A DNA stretch of 64,000 nucleotides from Phallusia mammillata. Taxonomy: Eukaryota. The DNA lies in contig OZ281494.1 in assembly GCA_965637545.1 (NCBI GenBank), positions 12,834,001-12,898,000 on the forward strand, written 5' to 3'. Both the position numbers and the translations under genes were made by a program. This document shows positions 13,261-24,575 of this stretch, in pieces. The notes beneath the pieces were generated by a model. It was not told the DNA's origin, did no database searches, and worked only from the letters and a program-made list of their open reading frames with translations. How positions within the stretch are numbered: the first letter of the stretch is position 1; every line of letters starts with the position of its first letter.

Positions 13261-16200
13261 TTGATGACAAACACGAACAAATATGGCAACTAGGCTACTA
13301 GGGCAATCAGCGTCGCACATTTTTAAACTTGAATCGACAGAGCCGTCAAAGTATATTAAACTTACTCAGTTTTTAATTAAGGATAACTTTGTACCTTAAC
13401 GCGTAGATCGGTGACGTTCAATATTACAACACTCCGTTATCAAGTGTCAACAATTACTTTAAACTTCAATGTTTTACAAGCGCCCCAGTGACGCAAAAAT
13501 AGGATGAATCATCGAAAGGTTGTGACGTACCTAGCTCCGTTTTTCGCAAGTTTTTACGTAGGTTCGAAAACTTTGGACTCCGCTGAGTTTCGGAAAATTT
13601 GTTGCAACACCTCGATCAGATCAGTTTAAAAATGTGGAAATTTTGTGAAAGCAATTTGTAAAGATTCAGTCCGCAAATCACTCAAGCGGCAAACCTTGCG
13701 TAAAGTTTAAATCATCACAAGGTACAGTTTTACCGCATTCCTGCTCAAATATAGTCACAACCTTTTAATGTTAAAGGTTCCCAGTTTCATCTTTCAACAC
13801 TTTTCTTCTTCTTATTTAACAAAATATTCACCAAATAGTTTTAAAAAATCCCGGAGAACTGCCGTGCGTTGTCATAGCGACGTTTACGGTATAAACACGT
13901 GACCGATTTGTCATAGGGAACTTTGTGGTAATTTGTGGTCAGGGATGGTTGACGAACAATTGATAAGCTTTCCCGTCGGACAAACCTAATCAAATTGTAC
14001 CAGATTTAGTTTTTATGTGACAATGTACATCCGCTGCAGCATGGGAAATCTTGCACGCTGCTGTTCTGTGTTAACCAAGCGTAAATTTAAGATGTCTATG
14101 GACGAAGCGTTTTCATAAAGTTGGATTACAGGGCATTTCTCAATGCAAATTACAAAATTAATCTGAACTTTTTCACACATCTAAAACCGATTTTTTTTTC
14201 TCAACACTTTCTGTAAAACGTCGTTTGTGACCAGACAAATTGCGCGATTGTGTTGTAATCGGTTTCGGTTTAAGTGACCACCACATGCGCCGTTTAACCA
14301 TGCGTAACATCCACGCTGGCCGGGTGAAAATGCTTTATTAAAAGTCGCTAAAAGGACCACTATCGCTTGTACTTTATAGTGCAACATTTAACCATAAAAA
14401 TCCCCCCTTGGACGAATAGCTGATGTAATCGAATTTTCCATGACTACATCAAAGCTACATTGCTGAAAAAAGCCGAATGTTAGAAAAGTTAGCGGGAAGT
14501 CATAACCGCGAAATTTGCGCTCAAGAGACACAATAACCCTCAGACACAGTGTTGTATTGTAAACAAGCAAATTCGACTTGATATCCCAAACAAAAGATCG
14601 ACCACCGGTTCCCGGACGCCTCCCTGACGTCATTGGCCACTTTCGAGAGCCGGGCCGGCAATTTGGAGGGGGCACGAACCCCCCAAGATTTTACAAGGAC
14701 AATAGGACAATTGGTTCTCAGCACTGTGTTTTGTAAACGAGCGCTTTGTGATCGGTTATGACTCATTCACGACATAACTCCAGATTTATTGTTTGTGTTA
14801 CCGACCGTGGTCTTTATGTAAACTTGTCGCCAAGTGGGTTTATATTGCGATGATGCGATCTCGTCAGTGTGAAAAAGTCTAAACATTTCGACATGGGATT
14901 TTTTGATGTTTTGCCATTTGGCAATTGGACACAAACTGTGTTTCAACAGTTTCGGTTTCTGGTTGTTGAATTTGGATTTTTGATGTATTCTCACGCCTCG
15001 CAAAAGTTAGTATTTTTTCTTAGCTGTCAGCCCATCACGGGGCGTAATTAGAAAATGTGTTTTAACACTTTTGATCTTGTTCTTGTTTAAATCCGCTTTT
15101 AAATATTCCCAGGCCCAACAAAAGTTTGCATTTGTTTCGCTTGGGTTACTATAAGCTCATCACAAGACCCAATTAAGAAATTTGATAGCGTTTCGTCAAA
15201 AATTATCGCAAGTTTCACTCTGAAATCGCCGGAAATAAACTTCAACGCCGTTCCGGTGCATTACAGCACAATGTATCCGTGCCGTTGAAATCAAAACAGA
15301 AGTTTTTGTTTGCTTTCTCCGACCCTTTATGTGGGATCAATATTTTCTATTCCTAGCCCAAAACAAAAGTCACTTTAGTGGTGGGAAAATCATCGAAGCA
15401 CGTGCGAACTATCAACAAACATTTAAAACCGTTTAATGTCGTGGTTGTATTTTTCACGGTGTGGTATTGGGTGTATGGAACTGCCAGGTGTTTGATTTCA
15501 GTTCAAGTTGTTTCTTGTTTGCGTAATAACATATATGATGTCACAACTCAGGTGTTATGTTTTGCGACGAAAAAACGGCACAAAAAGGGAAATGTAGTTT
15601 TTATTTACGCTCCTTGCTTTATCTATGCACGAAATTTTTGGTTATATTTTTAGTACACCGCTTTACTAAACAAATTTATTTGCAGTTTTGCTGCAGGTGG
15701 CGTATGCAAAACAACAGTTTGGTAGTTTACAGCAGTTTTCGCCCACTTTTGTATCGCCATGTTCACCAAGCGAAATAAACTCATCCCATCTCAAAAATAT
15801 AAGATATCAGTGGGCCGTACTTGAAACCGTTACCGAAAGGTCTAAAATGCAACGGTAAACTTGTAAGGCAAATTACAATTCTCCACTGGATTCCGCTATA
15901 ACCACACAGCACGCCCCCGGACCCCTTGTAACTGATGGATTGCTCGCAGCTATAACCAGTGGTAATGTATGCGGTCATAAAGAAAGCGCGCGAATGTTTG
16001 AAGTCCTACGCAAACCATGCGATGAGGTTACGGTGAGGAAAAATCCCAGCTTATTTCCAAACGATTTAATGACGCCCCCGTTTTATTGGAGTTCCGTTTT
16101 AGTGACCGGCAAAAACGGAACAAGCGTTCTATTTTTAGCTTTTCTGACCTGTTTTGTGTGCCTTGTGACGTATCTGTATGTAATTGGTAATCACAGTAGG

Positions 16201-17070
16201 TGTTTTACGTCAGAACACCAGCCCACGCGCTTTTGCCGGGATTTTTTGCTAACATTGTGTTATTTTTCTTTCAGTATATTTTCCGCTGTTTCAAGACCCT
16301 AAATATTCTGCTTGGGCCGACTTTAAAGCAATCGGACAATAGCATATATGCACACTAATATTCACACAATATTGAAACTAATAAAACTTATGCATTGCTG
16401 TTCAAACTAACCTGTTAAATACGACGACCTTTTGAGTTTTTTTTGTATCCTTAACTGTCAATTCAAACATGTACTTCCAAAGAGAAACGCTCTCAGAATG
16501 TTTAAACAGTGAGTTCTGACATATAATATGACATAATCCAAGTAATGAATAAATGATCAATACAATACGCAAACCACCTAATCATATTGGCTTCAAGGTT
16601 TTTTAAATATCACCCTTGCGATTTGCAGTGCGAATATTTTGTCTGGCAATTCAATTAAGATTTTGTTTAAACAAAGCGTAAAAAAGTTTGAAGTTTGAGT
16701 GATACTGAGTTTGTTTTTATTGTTTACTTACTGAGCAAATACGGTTAAAAACTTTGAGGTAAATATTGACATGCCGGCAAATATCCGTGTCTACAGGAAG
16801 TTTTCTCTCGAATCTGGGCTGTGTATTGACGAATTTTTGATTAATGTTTGTGCCTTGTTTGCGTTGCTACAGAAAAGAAAATTTAATTTTTTGAAATTTT
16901 CTGGGCGAAAGCCAGTTCTACGGAAGAGCGTCTTGATTGATTTCGTCCGGTCATTAAAAATGCTAAATAAGCACATTTTTTCAAGTCATATCCGGAGATC
17001 AATATAACAAGGGAACATTGATGGCGACCAACACACCTTGGAGTTGTTGTCATATTGCGCGTAGAGTTGG

Positions 17071-17124
17071 TTGGTTCAACCAATTTGAGTTCTTAAGAAC
17101 TCTTCAATTGAAATTCAATTGAAG
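17071..17124. promoter_or_regulatory. Cluster of abutting palindromes containing three TTC(N4)GAA sites
   Basis: TTGGTT-C-AACCAA (17071-17083), GAGTTCTTAAGAACTC (17087-17102) and CTTCAATTGAA-A-TTCAATTGAAG (17102-17124). The palindromes are certain; a regulatory role is inferred. Confidence 0.4.
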
Positions 17125-18407
17125 TTGGCTTGTATGTTAGCTCCTATTTTATCGATTCGCTTGGAGTCTTTGGGATGTTAAGTAGCAAAAGTCAAAAAAA
17201 TGATTAAAAAAGAAAACGAAATAAAACGCGCCGTGAAACCACTGTACTGTATAGCTGAAGTCCTATTATGTACCAGTGAAACACAATTTTGTATAACCAT
17301 CGTAATTCCATGATCGTTTGTCACTAACCATGAACAGGTTAAGAGTGCTCCCGTCAGACACGAAAGAGATGCCTTAGTTTACAAAAGCGGTTCCACCTGG
17401 AGCAACAACGTAACACATCAACTATTAATACATTGTCTTGAATTCGTCACATACTGTCATCACATCGTAAGTACCATTTTCGGTTCCGACAGAGTTTACA
17501 TAAGCGATTCCCGCGGATGCCTTCAAGGACACTTGATGGTTATGAGAAATTCCGCTTCATTTCATGACTACGTGTGGAAAGCGGTTTAAGCGTAGGCGAC
17601 GTGGGAACCTGAGCGCCGGGTTTGTATCAGCAATATTTTTGTAACTCATGATAAAAACGTTTTGGGGATATTTTCGTGAAAATTAGTGAGGATGTAACTT
17701 TCCATAGCACGTTATGAATCTAAATATCCAAACGCCGTTGTCTTGTGAAGATGTGAGGCATTTTAAGGCAGTAAAAAGTTTGCTAAAAAAAAGAAACATC
17801 TGTTTCGCAAATGAAAACAAGTTCGCTATGGTTGTGCACATGCGGGTGGCACACTTGGTTGCAAACGCCCTTTACCTCTTTACGTTGTTCACTCTGCTGT
17901 CTGCCAGAGTTACAAAAAAATCTGTTTCAGTCGGTTGTGAATGTTTTAGGGCGTAACTGTCCAGACAGTAGCTGACAATCAAAAGCACCGTACGTCTTGT
18001 TCCAATCGATCTCTGGCAAACAGTTTCTACTTTATTCAAAATGACTCATGCCACTTTTCGACAGCGGCATGTGCCCATTAGTGGGGTCTCACTTTTCACA
18101 AAGCGACACGCGACACCGTTTCAAATCGCCGGCACGCGACATACAAGCACGCAGGGGTCTGCGAATGCTAGCCATCCCATGGGCGTGAAAGTATTGGCAA
18201 CATGCGAGGCTCTGTAGAACTGTCATTGGCCACTTAGCCTCGATTATGAGTTGTTACCTTTAAGTGCTGGGTGGTCGGTTCAGGCTAAAACAAAGGACAG
18301 AACCGAATTTGTAATGTAAGTTAATTATAAACCAGTGGTTTCTTCTTTTGTAATTTTTCTACAAGCTCCCGGAGTTTTTTAAAACTGAACTTGTATCTCA
18401 GCTAAAC

Positions 18408-18642
18408 CAGTGGTCGGCAACCGCCGGTCCGCGGCCCGGTACCGGTCCGCGAGCAGTTTGTTACACGGCCGTAAAATTTTTCAGGTTAAATGCTATGAAA
18501 CATTTTGCCCATGTATCCGGGGGGTGATAAACTAATTGAGCGTTTTTATTGCTAAATATTTGTAGTTTTTTTAAAGACCGGTCCGCGATAAAGTTTCCCT
18601 TTCAAAAACGGTCCGCAGTGCAAAAAAGGTTGCCGACCCTTG
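18408..18642. mobile_element. hAT MITE (Buster/Charlie-type), 235 bp
   Basis: TIRs CAGTGGTCGGCAACC / GGTTGCCGACCCTTG (13/15). Perfect 8-bp TSD AGCTAAAC. Internal GGTCCGCG repeats. Confidence 0.9.
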
Positions 18643-18777
18643 AGCTAAACGATATGTTAACAACTAAAAGTTAACAGAAGCTATTTACTCCATGCAAACG
18701 TTTTCCTACAATAACATGGATTATTAACACCCATGTAAGAAGGAACAATTGTCACACATATTTATGAAATTATAGAA

Positions 18778-18820
18778 CAGTGGTTCTCAACCTTTCATGC
18801 ACCGTGGCCCCCTAAAAGTA
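18778..18820. mobile_element. Truncated hAT MITE left end
   Basis: CAGTGGTTCTCAACC followed by GTGGCCCCC, the same terminus class as the other MITEs here. No matching right TIR or TSD was found. Confidence 0.5.
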
Positions 18821-20007
18821 ACTTTTGGACAAATAGTGTGGAAAATAGTCGATTAAATTAGGAAATTAAATCATTTGCAACACACACCTAATTCTGAGCA
18901 TTATAAAAGAAAATGGCTCACTGACTTTTAGTGGATGTTTATAGTGAGTCTAAACCCGTAGCCCCTCGGAATGCAGCTCTGTATTAGAACATACTTCGTT
19001 ATGCCACAAAGAAAACTAAACCATATTTATCAGACCGTGCGTTAATTTTTTGGCATTGTTACTCAAAGTAAATTGCTTGGCGCAGGAAAACCATTCGCAA
19101 AATTTGCATTCATGCGATCCTACGATCTGAAATCGCATAAGATTACAAAAATACCCTTAGCTTTTGACAAAAAATCGTTAACTGTTGTGCAGGGAGGGCA
19201 AGCAAAACCTCAAACGAAAACCTTTGTGAATTGCCACTGGCTGTAACACAGATTTATGTCTTCATGAAATAATAGTTATTTTATATCTTTTATTATAAAG
19301 CAACATCGAACACAAACAGCGGTGCATACAGTGACGAGCTATAAGAATACCGTGGAACTTTCGTGCGTCATCAACACATGATGTCAGCATAACACATTGG
19401 GAAAAAAAAAGACGAAAAAAGGCAGAGTAAGAGCTCTGTGGGGTGCTTCAGCCATTTTGATTTTAGTAAAAAGTATCGGCGCAAAATATTTTGTTTTGTA
19501 AAGCGCCGTAATCGGCTGTGATTTTGTTTTAAAACACAGTGGCTTATTCCAAAGAAGTTTAATAAATTGCAGTAGTTAACATAAGTAAGGTATAGTCATA
19601 AACTTGACCCCACAATTTGGTAGCAACTATAGATAGGCAGTAAAATGTCATGAAACTGGTGAATGACTCCACATTTTGAAACAATATTATGTGTGATAAC
19701 AGTTAACCCAATATATGTCGAAACGGAGAAAGGGAAAAAAACAGGCTTGGAAAATAAACTTCTTTATAACGTAGGAAAATAAACTCTGTTCTATAGGGAA
19801 ATAAGGAAAAATAATTGGAAACTTTTCGAAAATTCCATAAGTGGTGAGACACAATGATTTAACGCGATTTCTACTTAAAATATGCTGACCCAGACGAGCG
19901 CAATGAACTTTATAAGCGTAAAAAAACTAAAAAATAAATAATCTGCAAGTACCACACATAAAGTAATTCATATGATTGCATTACAAAAATGTTTTTTAAC
20001 CGTTGCA

Positions 20008-22581
20008 TCAGATGCCGAAAATTGCTCCCCACACTCCATCTATGGGAAAAACGTAAACCTGTGGCTTCTTTTTCTTATTATTTCTTGAACGCCTTGGCAG
20101 CCTTGGTGTTTTAGTAGACAAAGCTTTTTTTGAGATAATTAAGTGGATCGAATTTTCCTTCACTTGCTGGAAACATTCCGTGGTGTTAAGAAGAATTTTG
20201 TAAGTTTCCCCCGAATTTTCGGCCTTGATTTTCTTTTTTCCTTTGCCTTTCAGCTGTTTTACGCCATCGAGGTTCCAAATTTGTAGGTTGTTTTGTACAT
20301 TTGCGTTCAGCGAAAAATTGGCTTTGTAGACTGTACAACAAAAAAGAAAGGCGTAAAAAACCTTAGCACGAAAAAACAACAACACATTCAAACGCTTAAA
20401 CCTTCTTATGTTGTATTGGACAAATTTTTTTTATAAAGCACACTTATCACGATTAATACTTACCAAAACTGCCCTTTTTCATAAACTTTTTTAGTCCGGG
20501 AAGTGACACCTTTTTGCAGTCTGAAAAACAAAATCAAAGAACTTTTACCTTTTTGGAAACCCTGAGAAGAAACTATTTGAAAAACTATTTTAAATTACAT
20601 TTTATATAAACCCACATGCGTGCTTACAGCAGTGAGTAACGTACAGTTTAACACTGTTATTTAGAAACTATTCATGTAGATTTTACCTGTGACAATGTTC
20701 CCATCCTTGCACATTTGTGTGTTTGAGTTATAAGCTCGACCTCTACAGCATCTGTAAATGTATTCAATTATATGTTACAAATAAAAAATATAGAAACAAA
20801 ATGGCGATTTAAAAAATTGTTAGTATGTCGTGCTAGTTATAGGCAGACTCATCAAGTGAACAGCTTTTGTTCTCGAAAAGCTTACTTACATGCGTATTAT
20901 CGCAAAAAAGTATTACACCACCCCCATTCTTAACTGATGAAATAGCAATCATTGTTACAAATTTTTTTTTACCTTCCACCATCATTTTCCGCAATTGATT
21001 CGTCAATTCCAGTATTACAACACGTCGCTAGTTTCGGGTAATAGTAGTTAGCCGCTTGGTGGCAACATTTTCTGCCCTCCCTCTTTGCTCCCCTAAGCTT
21101 TTCCCCACCGCAACAGAGGTCCCTGCCAGTGTGATAGATCTTGGGCTTAGTTTCTGTGCCACAAACCTCTTCATCCGTTTGTAACTCTATTACTTTTCCA
21201 TGACAAACCCGCTGAGATAAAAATGGCACTTTAAAATCATGTCTCCAAAAGTAAGCATATGCATTATAATTTTGGTAAGATTTGCGTTACGTCACTAAAA
21301 TTAATGTTACGTCACGTCTTACCCTTATTCCGTTGTCTCCGACTGGACTGAATGAAATGTAATCGTCGCCGATTTTGCATGCTTCAGTGTGACTTGGCGA
21401 ACTTTTTCTTACAGCTTGTAGGTTGCGATAACAAACTGTTGTGGTTCTGTTGTAACGACCCCCGTTACAACATATTTCAGTACTGTTGTTGTATACCACC
21501 CCACCACATCTTGGCATGTTGTGTTCCTCTGTACATGCAATCAGAATACGTACATGTAAGATTGTTCTTCTTCCAAAATTAAGTTAATCTTTTTACAAGG
21601 TGTCTCGAAAACTACACCATTATCATCAAAAATGAAAAATGGAATTAACTATTCACGATTTCAATAAACCTACCAATGCTGACAATATTTAGTTGGTCTT
21701 CACACATATGGGTCCTTGGATCAAAAACCAGGTCCACGCAGCACTCCTGATTCGCAACATGATGAAGGGTGTCAAGACAGCAGGTGTGGGTGAGCTTGCT
21801 GTACGGTCGGTTATTGCAGCAACCGGTTTCACGATCAGTCAAATATGATCCGTTGCAACACTCTCCGTAGTATTCTGAGGTAATTTCATTTTGACATTAA
21901 ACATTTAATTTTGTTTGGTATTTTACTTTTTACACATATCATATAGTACAGTGGCAAAATAGCATAGCTTTAAATTGGCCGTAATCACACGAGAAACAAC
22001 ACTATACACACCTTTGTCGTACACATTTCCTCGAAATCGGTCAACCATGCAGCACTCTTGTGTTCGGTCATCAAACACTGCAGTTCTTCCACACATGTAC
22101 TCGTACAAGTTTGCTCGAGTTCTTACAACTTTATTGTCGCAAACTTGGGTATGCGTGTCATAAATCTTTCCCGATCCTGCAAGCAAAAGTTTAAAAAATG
22201 ATGATACCCGCATCCAACAGATAGGCCATGTATGCTTTGTCCAAGCGATAGCAGCGAGTTTTACATCGGGCTGTGCATACAATACTCGTACTTTAAAACT
22301 AACAAAGGAGTCACCCAGCTTGTTGCTTGATAGATAAAGATTAATGCACATTATGGCAATATATTTAAACATATACGTTTTACACGCATTGAATACTTTC
22401 TTACCGTCACAGCAATCAAATCCGACTCCAGCTGCTGTGTTTAAAACGTGTTGACCGATTCTTTCATCATAGCAACATTTCATTTGTTTTTCCGCACACA
22501 AAAACGGATTGTTTTCAGAATCCACACAAACGCTACCAATGCATCGATTTGTTGGGGTGCGTGATGATTCGACGAAAAAAA
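20008..22581 (-). CDS. Secreted cysteine-rich galaxin-like protein B (paralog of A; ~460 aa; first exon not fixed)
   Basis: Exons 22405-22581, 22012-22176, 21674-21874, 21323-21528, 20973-21211, 20687-20751 and 20008-20330, GT-AG and phase-compatible. PTNRCIGSVCVDSENNPFLCAEKQMKCCY aligns with gene A PNDRCGKRICTVNGIQHFCAEVQMDCCE. Many CC/YN repeats; basic tail (PRLPRRSRNNKKKKP). A candidate start is ATG 22702 with donor GTAAGC at 22695, which is uncertain. Confidence 0.8.
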
Positions 22582-24575
22582 CTGAAAAAGACCAGACTGT
22601 TGAACTTGGACTAAGTCTGCACTGATTTAAACCGGTTAAAACGAGGTGCTGCCCCTATCGGGAAAGCCCAGTCGCTTTTGAAGTTTCTTGCTTACATAGC
22701 ATTTCTGCTTTTTGTCAATTTTTTAGTGTACACCTGTACGCCATGACCATCAATGCCTAGCGCTGCATGCCCAAAGTTCGTGCAATCGTGTACAAGCACG
22801 TTTTTCGTCGTCTTTAATTGCCGTTTGGAGAACCGTTTCGCAAAACTAAATTGATGTAACAGTGGCGCAATCACCAGCTGCCAACGCATTTCCAAACAAC
22901 GAACAGAAACGTGGTCGCTCAGTCTAAAATGTCCAGTGCAAACAACCTAAATTATCTAACAGTTTGGTTCCTTCATAATCGCTTAAAAGGAGTGCAAACT
23001 CTGCTTAAAGGGGGCGCAAGGATAGGGCCTAAGCATTATACGCACCTAAAGATAAAGTCACCAACAGAAACACTTCAATATTCATCGTAGTTGTCAGAAC
23101 TTTTCTTCTTTGTGAGTTGCTTTTTAGGGTTCACACTGTTCACCTTAGCTGATTATAATGATCTGTACGGAAGAACGTTTGGAAATGTTTATAAAGGTCC
23201 ATGCTTTTTTTCTTCAGGTCAGAATCTGGGGTTTTACGCCATGACGTTACTTAGGTTGCATCACGGATTCACGGTGTACCACGCAACAGGCGCCGCTTTT
23301 TACTTGGGCGACGCAAAACGTTTTTGCACACTTGTTTCTTTTTTTTACCCCACGAGCAAGCGTCAAGAAAAAAGGCAACGCGTACGCCATTGTAGAAAGC
23401 CGACTCATTTGGCCTCGCCGGTCATAGCGATCGTTTGCCTGTTTTTTTGTTTTATTGATGGTTTTAGACATAGAATTCTTTCATTATACATTTTGAAATG
23501 TCTGGTTTTTATGGAAGTTTTAAAGTTAAGATTTTTTCCAAAGATATAATAGTTTAGTTTAATAGAAAAGTTGAGTCAAGCTGCAGGTGGCAGCCATGTT
23601 AATTATTAGTCTAAGCCACTCTTTACTGGGTATGGCGACGGAAAGGTGATTTTGCCAAAGTAATTACGTTTTAAAATCAAGTCGGCTTCTATCAATTCAT
23701 TACAAGGATGTGCAATGCAAAACAATTTGTTCAGAATTTAGATGTAGCTTTCAATAAACAGGGTTTCATGCTGATTGCAATAGTTACAAATGTAAAAATC
23801 ACATATTTTTTTGATTCTAAAACTGATATCCTCAGATCCCTATAATAATACCCTTACAGTACTTATATTTTTTGCTTTTAAAATAAATGTTATTGTGTCA
23901 ATAGTATACAGTGGTCTATCTCAGACAAACATTTAAGCTCAACAAATCATAAACTATAACACATTTCTTAAAGTAAGGCTACAATAAACCATGAACTTAA
24001 TCATAAAATCATTTGATTATGTACACAATGTTCTGTTTTTTTTTGTTCTTACATCATAAAACAAACTATTTTGCTACTCTGTAAGTTGCTAAAAATAAGA
24101 GAAAAAGACCTAGCTAAAGTTGTTCAGAAATAAAGATTTTTTACATGACATGAAATATATACTCTACTATCAGTTCCTGTTCGAAATATCCCCATCAGGG
24201 AAAAATGTTTATTTAAGGTGTTTTTGAAGGTAATGTCCATCCCTTGTTGCAATCATTGATTTTTTGATGATTCATTGTTTTTTGACATGTAAAAGTTTGT
24301 TTAGAAATATGTAACAATGTGGTGAAAGATATTGGTACAACATTTTTAAAATGGCACCAATACCAACAGACAAAAGTGAGTTTGTGAGAACATAAATAAT
24401 GTTGTTTGGTTTGCATTGGCAACATGTTAAAATTTCCAAAATTTTGTATTTTGTTGTTGGTTGGGCACTTTTTTATTTGATGTAAGTTATAAAATGCAAC
24501 ACTATTCGTTAAGTATATATGGTAGATGAACATTAAAACTAAATTAAAATTGTTCGTTTTACAAATCTTTTGCAG

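Noticed and set aside
17338-17466. AG...GTAAGT-bounded 43-codon open frame
   Set aside because: The next acceptor would leave a 26-nt intron, there is no upstream partner, and the product is unrecognisable.
23091-23549. 152-aa plus-strand ORF
   Set aside because: Starts on TTG, is Phe/Leu-rich like translated T-rich DNA, and lies in the presumed divergent promoter region.
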